A DNA stretch of 64,000 nucleotides from an uncultured bacterium (GTDB lineage Bacteria > Hinthialibacterota > Hinthialibacteria > Hinthialibacterales > JAKPRU01). Under the pieces are notes generated by a model that was given only the letters and a program-made list of their open reading frames with translations, was not told where the DNA came from and ran no database searches. Positions 31,151 through 41,603 of the stretch are shown one piece after another. Where the stretch lies: NCBI GenBank assembly GCA_964612675.1, contig CAZTDD010000010.1, forward strand, positions 12,187-76,186, given 5' to 3'. Each line of letters starts with the position of its first letter. The stretch's first letter is position 1. Both the position numbers and the translations under genes were made by a program.

Positions 31151-32503
31151 ATGAAGTATGAAGAAGCAGTTTCTTTTCTCTATTCGTTCGTCTCTTACGA
31201 GCGCACACACGGCTATAAGTATACCTCGACAAGCTTCGACCTAAGCGGGTTTCGTAATCTTCTTGTCGCACTCGGTAATCCTCAATGGTCGTACCGAACG
31301 ATTCATATCGCGGGAAGCGACGGAAAGGGCTCCGTTGCTGCAATGCTTACGTCAGTCCTTCGGGAAGCCGGGTTCTCGGTAGGTCTGTATACTTCTCCGC
31401 ATCTGGAGGACCTTCGCGAGCGAATCATGGTGGATGGAGAACCGATTCCAAAACGTTCGCTGTCTCATGGCGTGAGCGAGATCAAGAAGAGACTCGATGC
31501 CTACAACACCAGCCGGCGCGGCTACGCGACTTTCTTCGACCTACTGACCGCATTAGCGTTTTTGCACTTCCGCCGGAGTTCCATCGATGTGGCGGTGATC
31601 GAAACGGGGCTGGGCGGACGACTGGACGCGACCAATGTACTCCGTCCCGAAGCGACGATCATCACTCATTTGTCGCTGGAACACACGGAACAGCTCGGCA
31701 ATACACTTGAGGCAATCGCGAGTGAGAAACTAGCGATCTCTCATCCAGAGGTACCGTGTGTTGTCGGTCGGCAAACAGCGGAAATCCTGCCGTTTATCCG
31801 CAACTTATTGGAGAAGAAGCACGTCCCCACTGTTTTTGTACAGAAGATGTACCGTGTGCTTCGCGAAGTTCCGTCTGAGGGGCGACGTGCCGTACATATC
31901 GAGGGAGGCGGTCGGCGCAGACGGATTCATCTCAGGTTACTCGGGGCGCACCAACCCGATAACGCGGCCACAGTGTGCGCTGCGGTCGATGTATTGAGCG
32001 AGCGCTGGACGAATTTCAAACCGATCCCCGAGCGGACGGTCGTGGAAGGGTTGAACGAAACCATCTGGCCCGCTCGGTTCGAGATACTCGATTCCACACA
32101 GACCGGTTGGCCGACCACGATAGTGATCGATGTTGCCCATACCGAACGCGGAGCACAATCATTGCGGAAGAGTCTGCTCGAGAACTTCGGCCAGACAAGC
32201 CGTGTGTTGCTGATGGGGTTTCTGCGGGGCAAGAATATCGACGGGATTCTTCATCAATTGGTTCGTAATTCCGATTCGTTGATTTGCACCACAGCCCCGA
32301 CCCACCGTGGAGTTTCGGTCGCCGAACTGCACAAGACCTACGGCCCGCCTCTGTCGAGACTTGAGAATCCTGTAACCTGGTGTGCCACACCGGAAGAAGC
32401 CCTTGAGACCGCCCGATCTCTGGCGGGAACCGAAAAAGTCGTAATTATTGCGGGGTCGTTGTATCTGGCCGGATATTGCCGGAAGATTCTCCTCAAATCC
32501 TGA
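31151..32503 (+). CDS. folC: Folylpolyglutamate/dihydrofolate synthase
   Basis: HIAGSDGKGS, LYTSPHL..RERI, ETGLGGRLDATN, LEHTEQLG, WPARFE, DVAH, AGSLYL. Confidence 0.93.
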   Translation: MKYEEAVSFLYSFVSYERTHGYKYTSTSFDLSGFRNLLVALGNPQWSYRTIHIAGSDGKGSVAAMLTSVLREAGFSVGLYTSPHLEDLRERIMVDGEPIPKRSLSHGVSEIKKRLDAYNTSRRGYATFFDLLTALAFLHFRRSSIDVAVIETGLGGRLDATNVLRPEATIITHLSLEHTEQLGNTLEAIASEKLAISHPEVPCVVGRQTAEILPFIRNLLEKKHVPTVFVQKMYRVLREVPSEGRRAVHIEGGGRRRRIHLRLLGAHQPDNAATVCAAVDVLSERWTNFKPIPERTVVEGLNETIWPARFEILDSTQTGWPTTIVIDVAHTERGAQSLRKSLLENFGQTSRVLLMGFLRGKNIDGILHQLVRNSDSLICTTAPTHRGVSVAELHKTYGPPLSRLENPVTWCATPEEALETARSLAGTEKVVIIAGSLYLAGYCRKILLKS

Positions 32504-32523
32504 CACAACTCTGGGGGTAGTCG

Positions 32524-33630
32524 ATGCCGTTGTCGTCACGTCAAAGATTGCTCGGTGTTCTCGACCGAAAACCGATTGACCGCGTTCCGATCTCAACGTA
32601 CGAAATCAATCCATGGGACCAGAAAAACTGGTATTCCCAGCAGCCCTCCTACGCGAGGTTGTGCGAGCATATCCGCGAACATACCGACTGTATCTGGCTT
32701 GCAAAAGCCGAACCGCGGAATAAGGCGACCTGGCCCGAAACGGTCACGAGATGGCGGGACGGCAAAAGCGAATACATACATAAAGTAATCCATACCTTCA
32801 AAGGCGACCTCCAATGGACTTACCGTGTCGATGACGATTTATATACAACCTGGTTGATGGAGCATCCATTCAAAACGATAGAGGACGTGGATCGGTACCT
32901 TTCGCTTCCGTGGGAATTCGACGGATGCGCCATGTCAGAAGTGGAGCGTGCTCAACGCGAGATTGGTGAGAATGGAATTGTGATGTGCGACATCGACGAC
33001 GCGATTTGCTCACCTCCGGATCTTTTCGAATTCGGCCATTTTCTGGTCGTGGCGTATGAACATCGTAAGAAGCTGCGGGAGTTGATGGACGTACTTCAGG
33101 AACGAATCCTGACGGCTTTGGAGTATCAGCTGGAACGCGGTGCAGGGCCGTTGTGGCGGCTGGTGGGACCGGAATATGCGACGCCGCCGTATCTGCCGCC
33201 CGCGCTGTTCCGAGAGCTGGTCGTTGATTACGACCGGCCGATTGTGGACCTGATTCATCGGTACGGCGGGAAAGTGCGCCTTCATTGTCACGGGAAGATT
33301 TCACAGGTGCTGGACATGTTTCTGGAATTGGGTGTAGACGCTACCGACCCTCTCGAACCACCGCCTCAGGGCGATATCGAACTGGCAGAAGTAAAACGAC
33401 GAGTAGGCGATCGGCTGGTGTTATTTGGGAATATGGAACTATTATGGCTTGAACAGTGTACTCCACAGGAAATCGACAGACATGTTCGAACCATGATGGA
33501 AAGCGCAAAAGAGGGCGGCGGGTATGTCGTTCTCCCCACAGCCGCGCCCATCAACATCCCCCTTCGTTCGCAGACGGAGAGAAACTACATTCAGATGATC
33601 GACTCCGCGCTGAAGTACGGGGAGTATTGA
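32524..33630 (+). CDS. Uroporphyrinogen decarboxylase family protein
   Basis: DRVPI, LHCHG, DPLEPPPQGD, LFGN, GGGYV motifs. Confidence 0.85.
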   Translation: MPLSSRQRLLGVLDRKPIDRVPISTYEINPWDQKNWYSQQPSYARLCEHIREHTDCIWLAKAEPRNKATWPETVTRWRDGKSEYIHKVIHTFKGDLQWTYRVDDDLYTTWLMEHPFKTIEDVDRYLSLPWEFDGCAMSEVERAQREIGENGIVMCDIDDAICSPPDLFEFGHFLVVAYEHRKKLRELMDVLQERILTALEYQLERGAGPLWRLVGPEYATPPYLPPALFRELVVDYDRPIVDLIHRYGGKVRLHCHGKISQVLDMFLELGVDATDPLEPPPQGDIELAEVKRRVGDRLVLFGNMELLWLEQCTPQEIDRHVRTMMESAKEGGGYVVLPTAAPINIPLRSQTERNYIQMIDSALKYGEY

Positions 33631-33639
33631 ACCCGAATA

Positions 33640-34335
33640 TTATTTTGTTTCTGTTACCGTTGAAGAAATGAACTCGTGAAGTGATTCCACTGAGAAATCG
33701 GTCACAACGAGATCACATTCCCCGAGATCCGCGTGGCCGCCGGAGGTGGCGATTCCCACACAACGCATGCCTGCATCCAACGCAGCCCGCATTCCGACCG
33801 GTGAATCTTCAAACACCAGGCATTCAGTCGATTTCAAATCGGGACAACACTTCTGGCGCAGACGTTCCAACGTGAGCCGGTACACCGCCGGGTCGGGTTT
33901 CGAGGCGCCGGCATCGGCTGTTGTGGTCACTACATCGAAATAGGTTCCCAAATCTGTCTTTTCAAGAACAAACTCAACCTCTCCCGGCAACGCACCGGTC
34001 GCCAACGCCAAAGGCACACGGCCCCGCCAGGCGTTCAGGACGTTCTCGACACCGGGGACGAACGGGAGGTTCCGTACGATCGTGTCTTTATATCGGCGGC
34101 TTTTTTGTTCGACGAGGTACTTGACGCGGTCAGGTGTCGGCTCTTTTTCGGCTTCCTGCAGCAGCAACGCGAAACACTCTGTATCGCCCCGCCCGTGACA
34201 TTTCTCCTGAATCTCGGCCATGGAGAGTTCGATACCGGCTTCGGCGAATACTTGCTGCAGGTTTCGATTGTGAATCGGTTCGTCGTTGAGAACCACACCA
34301 TTGAAGTCGAAGATCAGAGCACGAATTTTGGTCAT
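33640..34335 (-). CDS. HAD family phosphatase (subfamily IA)
   Basis: IFDFNGVV.NDEP.H, LATG, KPDP, VFEDS..G..AA..AGM. Confidence 0.9.
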   Translation of the reverse strand: MTKIRALIFDFNGVVLNDEPIHNRNLQQVFAEAGIELSMAEIQEKCHGRGDTECFALLLQEAEKEPTPDRVKYLVEQKSRRYKDTIVRNLPFVPGVENVLNAWRGRVPLALATGALPGEVEFVLEKTDLGTYFDVVTTTADAGASKPDPAVYRLTLERLRQKCCPDLKSTECLVFEDSPVGMRAALDAGMRCVGIATSGGHADLGECDLVVTDFSVESLHEFISSTVTETK

Positions 34336-34574
34336 TGTTTCTCGTCGAGCGGTTCGATTTCTTTATTGCGGATTTCTCGTGTCGTACGGCTCCACTCCGT
34401 ATCGGCGTCCCGACGGCGCCCTCCTTCGCCTCGATGTTCGCAGCGAGGTATTCCTCTTTCGACTTAAGAGGTATGTGTTTTGCCGCATCCGAGAAACGAA
34501 ACATTTACCGTCGCGACCGAGAGATTGTATACTTGGAAAAAGCGAAGGGGAAGCAGTTCCTCAGGAGGAGCCAC

Positions 34575-34970
34575 ATGAATCGATCGGTCTTTCGTATCTT
34601 ATCACTCATGCTCGCGGTTCCGTTTCTGTTCAGCGGTTGTGCGGCGGCACTGATCGCGGGGGGAGTCGGAGTGGGTGCCGGAACTGTAGCGTTTATCAAA
34701 GGACAGCTCGAATCGACCGAAATGGTCACACTGGATCGGGCATGGGCGGCTACTCAACAAACCATGGAGGAATTGGAATTCGACGTCGAGGAAAAGAAAA
34801 AGGATGCGCTGAATGCGAAACTGATTGCGAAAGACAGCAACAGGCGGAGGATCGAGATTCGTTTGGAACGTAAGGACGAAAACAAGACAACGATTAAGAT
34901 TCGTATCGGTGTGTTCGGCGACGAAGAGGATTCACGAATGATTCTGCGAGAAATCAGGGCGAATTTGTAA
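34575..34970 (+). CDS. DUF3568 family lipoprotein
   Basis: AGGAGG RBS; lipobox FSGC; GAGTVAF..G.L and IRIGVFGDE..S..I motifs. Confidence 0.85.
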   Translation: MNRSVFRILSLMLAVPFLFSGCAAALIAGGVGVGAGTVAFIKGQLESTEMVTLDRAWAATQQTMEELEFDVEEKKKDALNAKLIAKDSNRRRIEIRLERKDENKTTIKIRIGVFGDEEDSRMILREIRANL

Positions 34971-35631
34971 CGATCCGATTGTCTAACAGCTCCGATGCGC
35001 GAATATCGCTCAGTGCAGGAAAGAACCTGTCACATAACGGAGCGATCACATCTTCCGGGAACGTGTGAGCGACGCCGACAACGTGCATACCGGCCGTACG
35101 GGCGGATTTCAAACCGGGCGGAGTATCTTCCACAGCGACACATTTCGATGGGTCGCAGCCGCATAGCCGAGCGGCTTTGAGGTAAATGTCCGGTGCCGGC
35201 TTTCCATGCTCGATATCATCCCCATTCACAATGATCGTGAACCTGCCATCCAAGCCGGTCAAACGGAAACTCGCACGGACTTTCTCTGTCGAACCCGAGG
35301 TGGCTACTGCCGCAGTAATTCCGTCCCGATCAAGTTCATTCAGCAAATCGAGGACACCATCGAACACATTGAGGCCGCGCTCGTCCAGGAGGCTTTCATA
35401 ATGTTTCTGTTTTGCCAGGAGGAATTGTTCTCGATCAAGTGTCGAGGCGGTTTCTTCCAATACCGTTTGAAGCGATTCATGACTTGTCACGCCGCAAAAG
35501 CGGCGAAGCTTTTCAAACGGATATTCGATTCCCTGGTCGAGTAGCGCACGCCGGAACGACTCGAGGCCGAGCGGCTCACTGTCGACCAATATCCCGTCAC
35601 AATCAAAGACAACTGCTTGAATTCCGTTCAT
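34954..35631 (-). CDS. HAD family phosphatase (beta-phosphoglucomutase-like)
   Basis: VFDCDGILVDSE, VATSG, KPAPDIYL, VEDT..G..AR.AGM. Confidence 0.92.
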   Translation of the reverse strand: MNGIQAVVFDCDGILVDSEPLGLESFRRALLDQGIEYPFEKLRRFCGVTSHESLQTVLEETASTLDREQFLLAKQKHYESLLDERGLNVFDGVLDLLNELDRDGITAAVATSGSTEKVRASFRLTGLDGRFTIIVNGDDIEHGKPAPDIYLKAARLCGCDPSKCVAVEDTPPGLKSARTAGMHVVGVAHTFPEDVIAPLCDRFFPALSDIRASELLDNRIVTNSP

Positions 35632-35675
35632 AGATAATCCTTCATTGGGAGGCTGTTCTCACGCCCAAACGGAGT

Positions 35676-35986
35676 TGATGGCACCGCAAAAAGTCCAAGA
35701 ATCGGCCCTCACCCTAACCCTCTCCCGGCGGGAGAGGGGAACTTCCAATGTCAGCGGACGACCTTTTGCGACGCCGTCAATCTTGATGCAATCGCAAAAA
35801 GTGAGCAAAAGAGATCTCAACCCCCTCCTAACCTCCCCCGATCTTCGGGGGAGGAATAGAAACGAGCATGTCCGCAGCATCTTCTCCCCCAAGAGGGCCA
35901 CGCTTGCGTGGCCGCTGTAAGGGGAGATACAGAGGGGGTTGAAGACTTCTCTATTCTTATCCCGTCGACTTTTTGCGACGCCGTCA
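35676..35986. mobile_element. Second array of MITE-like modules (A 35676-35779; B inverted 35784-35986)
   Basis: Module A nearly identical to 17936-18040; module B is the reverse complement of 18046-18226 with an added internal hairpin. Confidence 0.8.
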
Positions 35987-36105
35987 ATCTCGGGAAAGAG
36001 CCCTTTCTCGCTTGCCGGCTGCTTCTGACACAGCCTGTGGATTGAGGGTCCTGGGTCTCGGGAAAGAGATGCATCTTAGCATTCGTCGCCAACCGATGCA
36101 CGGGA

Positions 36106-36807
36106 TCACATCTGGAGGAACCGAAAACTCTGCCGGGGATACCACAACAATGTCAACCAGGAACCGGCGAGAAAACCGCCGACATGGGCGTACCACGCGA
36201 CATTTCCTACGTCCACGCCCATCATCGAGGTGTAAACACTCATCAGCTGACTCAGAAACCAGACCACAATCACAACGAGCGCCGGAACTTCGATAATGCG
36301 AACTAGAAAAATGAACCACAGAAAACACTGAATGCGCGCAACCGGGAACAGACGCAAATACGCAGCCATGACACCCGCCAAGGCTCCGCTCGCACCGACG
36401 ACGGGCTTGAAATCTCCGTAATTGAACACAAAATGAGCGGCAACGGCTACAAACCCGCAGAGAAAAAAGAACAAGAGAAACCACAAGTGCCCCATGCGGT
36501 CTTCCACATTGTCGCTGTAAATCCAAAACGCCCACATATTGGTCAATAAATGAAACCACCCTCCGTGGACAAAAATATAGGTGAGGGGCGAAAGGAGCAT
36601 AATCGGTTTTTCTTCCAGCATGACCGAAAACGCTTTCGTGAACGCACCTGGAGTGAATCCATAGGTACGGAACAACGTCTCCTGTCGATCGATTCCCAAT
36701 GTGGCGACGTAGAAATGAACCGCTACACAGATCGCGATGATCGTCCAGCTCACATAGGGCGTACGGCGCGGCCGATTCAAATCTCTGACGGGAAAGAAAA
36801 AGAACAT
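36106..36807 (-). CDS. Rhomboid family intramembrane serine protease
   Basis: FVHGGWFHLLTNM, NVEDRMG, VGASGA, AWYAHVGGF. Confidence 0.93.
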   Translation of the reverse strand: MFFFFPVRDLNRPRRTPYVSWTIIAICVAVHFYVATLGIDRQETLFRTYGFTPGAFTKAFSVMLEEKPIMLLSPLTYIFVHGGWFHLLTNMWAFWIYSDNVEDRMGHLWFLLFFFLCGFVAVAAHFVFNYGDFKPVVGASGALAGVMAAYLRLFPVARIQCFLWFIFLVRIIEVPALVVIVVWFLSQLMSVYTSMMGVDVGNVAWYAHVGGFLAGSWLTLLWYPRQSFRFLQM

Positions 36808-36892
36808 GTCGGTCGAGCGGGATTTCCTTTCGGGTGTTTGCAGAGAGGCGCGGAGAGGAGATGGATCCCTCGAAGGGCCTGCTCTTTTCCCA

Positions 36893-38380
36893 TTATAACC
36901 GGATGGGATTTGTCTCCGAGGCAGGCTGTACCTCAAGCCGGACGGGAAGACTGACTGTGAAGGTCGATCCCTTCCCCAATCCGCTTTCCAAACTGATTGT
37001 TCCGCCCACCAACCGAACCAATTCGCGGGTTATCGAGAGCCCCAGTCCCACCCCATGGCCGAGTTCCCGATCTTTGATGATCACAAATTCGTCGAAAATC
37101 TTCTGTTGCTCTTCCTCAGGAATTCCTCGGCCGGAATCCCGAACAGAAACCTCAACCTGATTGTCCGAGTTCGGCTGTACGTGCACCTCCACCTGGCCTT
37201 TCTGCGTGAACTTGACAGCGTTACTCACCAGGTTTTGAAGGATTAGATAGACTGTTTCACGATCGGAATGAAGAACCGGAAGATCGGTATCGCAACACGC
37301 GCCAAGCGCGATCCCTTTGTCTTCCGCGAGTGGACGCAGATTGTCTACAACCGAGTCCACCACTTTTTCAATGCGGAATGGAAGCACATCCAAACGCCAC
37401 TGACTGGTTTCCAACTTCGTAAGCTGGAGCATTTGGTCGATCAGACGGACGAGAACATCCGCGTTCCGAATGACACGGTCCATGGCGGTAGTCTGTTGTT
37501 CCGTCACGGGACCATACGTCCCCATTTTGAGGAGATCGCAGGCGGTTACCACGCTGTTGAGTGGTGCCCGAAGGTCGTGAGACAACCGCGCATATAGGCG
37601 GTTCTTGCTTTCTTGGATCTGTCGAAGGCGCTCATTCGCTTCTTCGATTTCTTGCGCATGTTTTTCAATTTGTTCGAGTTGCGATTCCCGTACGCGTTCA
37701 TACCATCGAACCAATCGCGTCACGACGAAATATGAACACAATACGATTACAGCCGCCAATCCAATACCGAGCATGCGCAGAAGATTCGAGAGACGGTCCA
37801 AATCCGTCTTGATATCCCCCTCGAATTGGTGGATTCCCGCAAGCCAGGGACGCCCGCCCACGCTGAAACGCTGGTAGTAAACCAAATTCTGCGCAGCTTC
37901 GGGCTCGGACCGTTGCGACCGTCCCGCGAAACCGTCCCCGTCATGCAGCTCGACAAGTAGATCCTGAACACTCGCCAGATGTTTCCCGTCGAACGTTCGC
38001 CGGCTGTACGGTTCGATGAGATTTCCCATAATCTCCGCAGTTGTCCCCGTCACATCCGCCGGCGCCACCCGCACGTTACCGAAATCGTCCACCAGGCACA
38101 GGTACCGCTCTCCAGGCAACGTACGCTGCTCGACCTCTCGCTCCAGCCGTCGAAGCCATTCGTCTTCATCCCCGTTCGTTTCTTCCCAGAGGCTTTCGGC
38201 AAACGCGACGAATGTCTGAACGATGGAGCGGTTGTCATCGAGCACCTGACGGGTATATAGGCTGCGGAATTCTCTGGTCAGCCGATAGCCGACCAGAGGG
38301 AGCACCAGGGCCATGATCAAGGCCAGGCCGATGAGTAGGTATAGGAGAAAGCGTGTCTCTGCCTTATGATCGATAGTCAT
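36893..38380 (-). CDS. Membrane-bound sensor histidine kinase
   Basis: Two TM helices; SHDLRAPL, NLVSNAVKFT, DSGRGI, GVGLGLSI, GKGSTF. Confidence 0.93.
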   Translation of the reverse strand: MTIDHKAETRFLLYLLIGLALIMALVLPLVGYRLTREFRSLYTRQVLDDNRSIVQTFVAFAESLWEETNGDEDEWLRRLEREVEQRTLPGERYLCLVDDFGNVRVAPADVTGTTAEIMGNLIEPYSRRTFDGKHLASVQDLLVELHDGDGFAGRSQRSEPEAAQNLVYYQRFSVGGRPWLAGIHQFEGDIKTDLDRLSNLLRMLGIGLAAVIVLCSYFVVTRLVRWYERVRESQLEQIEKHAQEIEEANERLRQIQESKNRLYARLSHDLRAPLNSVVTACDLLKMGTYGPVTEQQTTAMDRVIRNADVLVRLIDQMLQLTKLETSQWRLDVLPFRIEKVVDSVVDNLRPLAEDKGIALGACCDTDLPVLHSDRETVYLILQNLVSNAVKFTQKGQVEVHVQPNSDNQVEVSVRDSGRGIPEEEQQKIFDEFVIIKDRELGHGVGLGLSITRELVRLVGGTISLESGLGKGSTFTVSLPVRLEVQPASETNPIRL

Positions 38381-38470
38381 AATCAATCGCCACCGGGATA
38401 TACCCCCATTGAATGCTCGTATCTTGGCGGGCACATGTCAATAGAGTGTGCGATATTCGATGAGTGGATT

Positions 38471-40033
38471 ATGTCTTTTCGATGGTCACATGGAGTCCTT
38501 CTTGTTTTGCTGGCAGCGGCTGCGCTTCGGTTGGTTTTTCTCGATGCGCATCCGCCGGGATTCTTCCGGGATGAAGCGGATAAGGGGTATACGACTTACC
38601 TGCTTTTGGAAGAAGGCTGCGACAGCACCGGCCGACCCTATCCGCTCTTTGTCCGCTCCCTCCGCATTGCTACTTCTGCGCTGTACCAGTATATCGATAT
38701 TCCGTTTGTCGCTCTCCTGGGCTTGAATGAATACGCGGTTCGGCTCCCTGCGGCGTTGGCGGGCTGCGGGGCGGTTCTTGCGGTGTGGCTGCTGGCCTAC
38801 CGCTGGTGGGGCATGCGAGCCGTTTTTTTTGTTGCGCTATTCCTCGCTTTCAGCCCATGGCATGTGCTCCTCTCTCGGTGGGCGAACCAATCGATTCTGT
38901 TGACACTTTGGATACCACTTGGCGTTTATGCGTTTGATCGCTTTGTCGATGCGGAACGGCCAAACGCCAAGTTCCTCTGGGGCGGTCTGACGTCATTGGC
39001 GTTTGCGCTCGCGTTGTATACCTATGCGCCGGCGCGGTTGTTTGTTCCGTTGCTGTTGATCGGCCTTGTTGTCCTGTCGTTCCACTCTACGGGGCGGTGG
39101 AGCTGGCATGTGTATCCGTTATGTCTCATCGGGCTCTTGACGATTCCTTTGGCTCACCATGTCTTGTTCGAGTCTGGAGAAAGCGCGTTGCGATTTCGGG
39201 TGATTTCGATCTTCGGTGCGTCGACCGTGTGGGAGATGATGTATCTCTTCGTGAAAAACTATCTGGCTCATCTGTCGCCCGGTTTTCTCTTTTTCGGGGG
39301 GGACTCGAATCCACGGCACTCCATCGGTTTTCCGGGACAGATACAGATCTATCTTCTTCCGCTGATTCTGCTGGGACTATGGCACTGTTTCCGTAGGAGA
39401 GGGCGTACCGAGCGGTTTCTGTTGTTGTGGTTCTTTCTGTTTCCGGTGGCGGCGGCGTGTACGGTTGAAGGGATTCCGCATGCGTTGCGGAGTGTGTTTG
39501 GGCTGCCGGTGTTGCAGCTGATGGCGGTTTGTGGGATTCAGGGACTTGGAGAGAAGCCGTTCAGCGAGTGGAAACCGCGGAATATGCGTTTTGCGCGAAT
39601 CGGTTGGGGGATTCTGACGATGGGGCTGATTGTTCTGTTCCTTTTGGTTTGCTTTCATCCGGCGACATATCCGGCGCGCTCGGCATTGTATTGGCAGTAT
39701 GGGTACAGGGATGCGGTTGGATGGTGGATGGAGCATCGGGATGAATTTCCGCATGCGGTGGTCACCGGGCAGAGCGGGTATCCGGAGACGTTCTTTTTGT
39801 TTTACGGAAACCTTGATCCGGATGTATGGCTGGAGACGCATGAGATCCCCGGTGTGGAGTTCCTCTCACCGGGTTCGACGATGCGGAATCGGTATCGTTC
39901 GGGTGAGAAAGGGACAGCCTACTTGATCCGTCCCGGCGAGTTGCAGGGCGTTCTGTTAACACCGCTGCATGTGGTTTATCTACCGAACGACCCGAACACA
40001 GCGGTATGGATGTGGGTGGGGGCGGGGAAGTGA
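38471..40033 (+). CDS. ArnT/PMT-like (GT39/GT83, GT-C) glycosyltransferase
   Basis: PPGFFRDEA, AVRLPAAL, SPWHVLLSR, FFGGD.NPRH, PHALRS motifs; many TM helices. Confidence 0.85.
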   Translation: MSFRWSHGVLLVLLAAAALRLVFLDAHPPGFFRDEADKGYTTYLLLEEGCDSTGRPYPLFVRSLRIATSALYQYIDIPFVALLGLNEYAVRLPAALAGCGAVLAVWLLAYRWWGMRAVFFVALFLAFSPWHVLLSRWANQSILLTLWIPLGVYAFDRFVDAERPNAKFLWGGLTSLAFALALYTYAPARLFVPLLLIGLVVLSFHSTGRWSWHVYPLCLIGLLTIPLAHHVLFESGESALRFRVISIFGASTVWEMMYLFVKNYLAHLSPGFLFFGGDSNPRHSIGFPGQIQIYLLPLILLGLWHCFRRRGRTERFLLLWFFLFPVAAACTVEGIPHALRSVFGLPVLQLMAVCGIQGLGEKPFSEWKPRNMRFARIGWGILTMGLIVLFLLVCFHPATYPARSALYWQYGYRDAVGWWMEHRDEFPHAVVTGQSGYPETFFLFYGNLDPDVWLETHEIPGVEFLSPGSTMRNRYRSGEKGTAYLIRPGELQGVLLTPLHVVYLPNDPNTAVWMWVGAGK

Positions 40034-40254
40034 TTGAAATTTCTTGGTGCACAAACCTCCAACTGGGTTCGCTCGTGAAGTGTACGAGGCAACCGGGCAG
40101 ATCTGCTACCCCTCGAAAAGACAGAAAACTCCCATAATTTGCTCTTCCAACGCAGCCTTCCGGCTCCGCAGAACTTTACTATTCAGGTCTTTTATATCTA
40201 CTTCCTCGGGTGCTCACATTACTGAGCCTAGATTCGGCAGTTGAAAGTCGGGCG

Positions 40255-40322
40255 CGGTTCCTGAGCTCGTCGAAGGGCCGCGCGGGCGTTGGTGATCCGC
40301 CTTTCGACAAGCTTGAGAACCG
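40255..40322. repeat. REP-like palindrome (CCTGAGCTxGTCGAAGG family)
   Basis: cggttcctgagctcgtcgaaggg ... cctttcgacaagcttgagaaccg imperfect inverted repeat. Confidence 0.65.
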
Positions 40323-40442
40323 ATCGCGATCTGGAAGATGGCAATGGCAATAGACTATACCGTTAAAAATGCGTGGGTTCCTCTCGCAACAATATCTTCA
40401 ACTGCCGAATCTCGGATTATTGAGAAATCTTTCAACAGGGTC

Positions 40443-40487
40443 TTGCCACCTTTCTTCGAATATGCTAATATAAAGATACACTTATAT
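40443..40487 (+). promoter_or_regulatory. Sigma70 promoter overlapped by palindromic operator
   Basis: TTGCCA-17-TAATAT with TGn extension; ATATAA-agatacac-TTATAT at 40468-40487. Confidence 0.65.
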
Positions 40488-40649
40488 AAGATGACGTTTA
40501 TGATCGTATTTCGGTCCTCCATTGAAAGGAGGAAAGTCGGACAGCACGAGAAGGCACTGGGAGCAGCCACGCGCATGTGTCCCCAGCAGATCAACGCCGA
40601 CCAGTACAATCGATACGAGGCTTGTACCGGATCCTCTCGGAGGTGAGTT

Positions 40650-41603
40650 ATGCGAACATACCTGGATTGCCTTCCGTGTTTCGTCGACCAAGCGCTGTCC
40701 GCAGGCCGCACGGTTGTCGAGGACGAAAGAACCCACATGCGTATTCTTCAATTCGTGTTCCCTTTGCTGTCTCGCGTGGATTTACGAATGCCGCCTCCGA
40801 CAATGAGCCAGAAAATTTACCAATTGATACGCCAATTGACAAAAAATAGCGATCCTTTTCAACAAATTAAAAAGGACTCAAATTGTATGGCGATGACTGC
40901 ATATCCCCATATCAAGAAGGCGATTGACGACGCCATAGAACCGCTGAAGACTGCGGTCATCTATGCCATTGCGGCAAATAGCTTTGATTACTGCACAAAG
41001 GCATCTTTGACCGGACCCGACTTTATCCAAGCGCTGGACAACCCTCCTGCGCTGGACGTGCTTGACAACGAGTTGGAGGGATTCCAGGCCGCACTGAGAG
41101 ACGCGAAGAAAATCCTGTACCTCGGAAATCAGTCCGGTGAAATCGTCTTTGACCGTTTGCTGATCGAGCAAATGCCCGTGGAAAAAACCACCTTTGTTGT
41201 GAAAGGCGGATCGGTTGGAAACAAGGCGACCATCGCCGATGCCCGGATGATCGGTATGACCGATGTCGTGGAAGTGATGGATGACGGTCACAACGCTCCC
41301 GGCACAATGCCGAATTCCAGCTCATGGTCCTTTCGTGAGCGCTTCGATGCCGCCGATTTGATTGTAGCCAAAGGACATGAGAATTATGAATCGCTCAGCG
41401 GCGTATCGAAAGACATATTCTTTCTAATGCAGATCAAATGTTCCCGTCTGGCCGACGCAAGTGACTGTCGTGAGGGGACTTCCGTCCTTCTGAGAAACGG
41501 CGGGCCGGGAAAAGGAGCAGCAACGGATCTATCTGAAATAGATCAAGAATGGTGGACGAAAATCCACGCAGCGGGGGTGATGGAAGGTACCCGCTGGTTA
41601 TGA
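40650..41603 (+). CDS. DUF89/ARMT1-like damage-control phosphatase family protein (degenerate active site)
   Basis: GGAGG RBS; LDCLPC, DPF...K..SN, GEIVFD, VKG, ADLIVAKG..NYESL, KC. Confidence 0.85.
   Translation: MRTYLDCLPCFVDQALSAGRTVVEDERTHMRILQFVFPLLSRVDLRMPPPTMSQKIYQLIRQLTKNSDPFQQIKKDSNCMAMTAYPHIKKAIDDAIEPLKTAVIYAIAANSFDYCTKASLTGPDFIQALDNPPALDVLDNELEGFQAALRDAKKILYLGNQSGEIVFDRLLIEQMPVEKTTFVVKGGSVGNKATIADARMIGMTDVVEVMDDGHNAPGTMPNSSSWSFRERFDAADLIVAKGHENYESLSGVSKDIFFLMQIKCSRLADASDCREGTSVLLRNGGPGKGAATDLSEIDQEWWTKIHAAGVMEGTRWL

Noticed and set aside
30897-31343. N-terminal extension of the Asp23 ORF
   Set aside because: Overlaps folC antisense; strong RBS and family similarity begin at ATG 30896
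40527-40570. GGAGGAAAGTCGGACAGCAC resembles the 5' conserved region of RNase P RNA
   Set aside because: No matching 3' P4 motif seen, and a protein gene starts about 120 nt later; too short for rnpB
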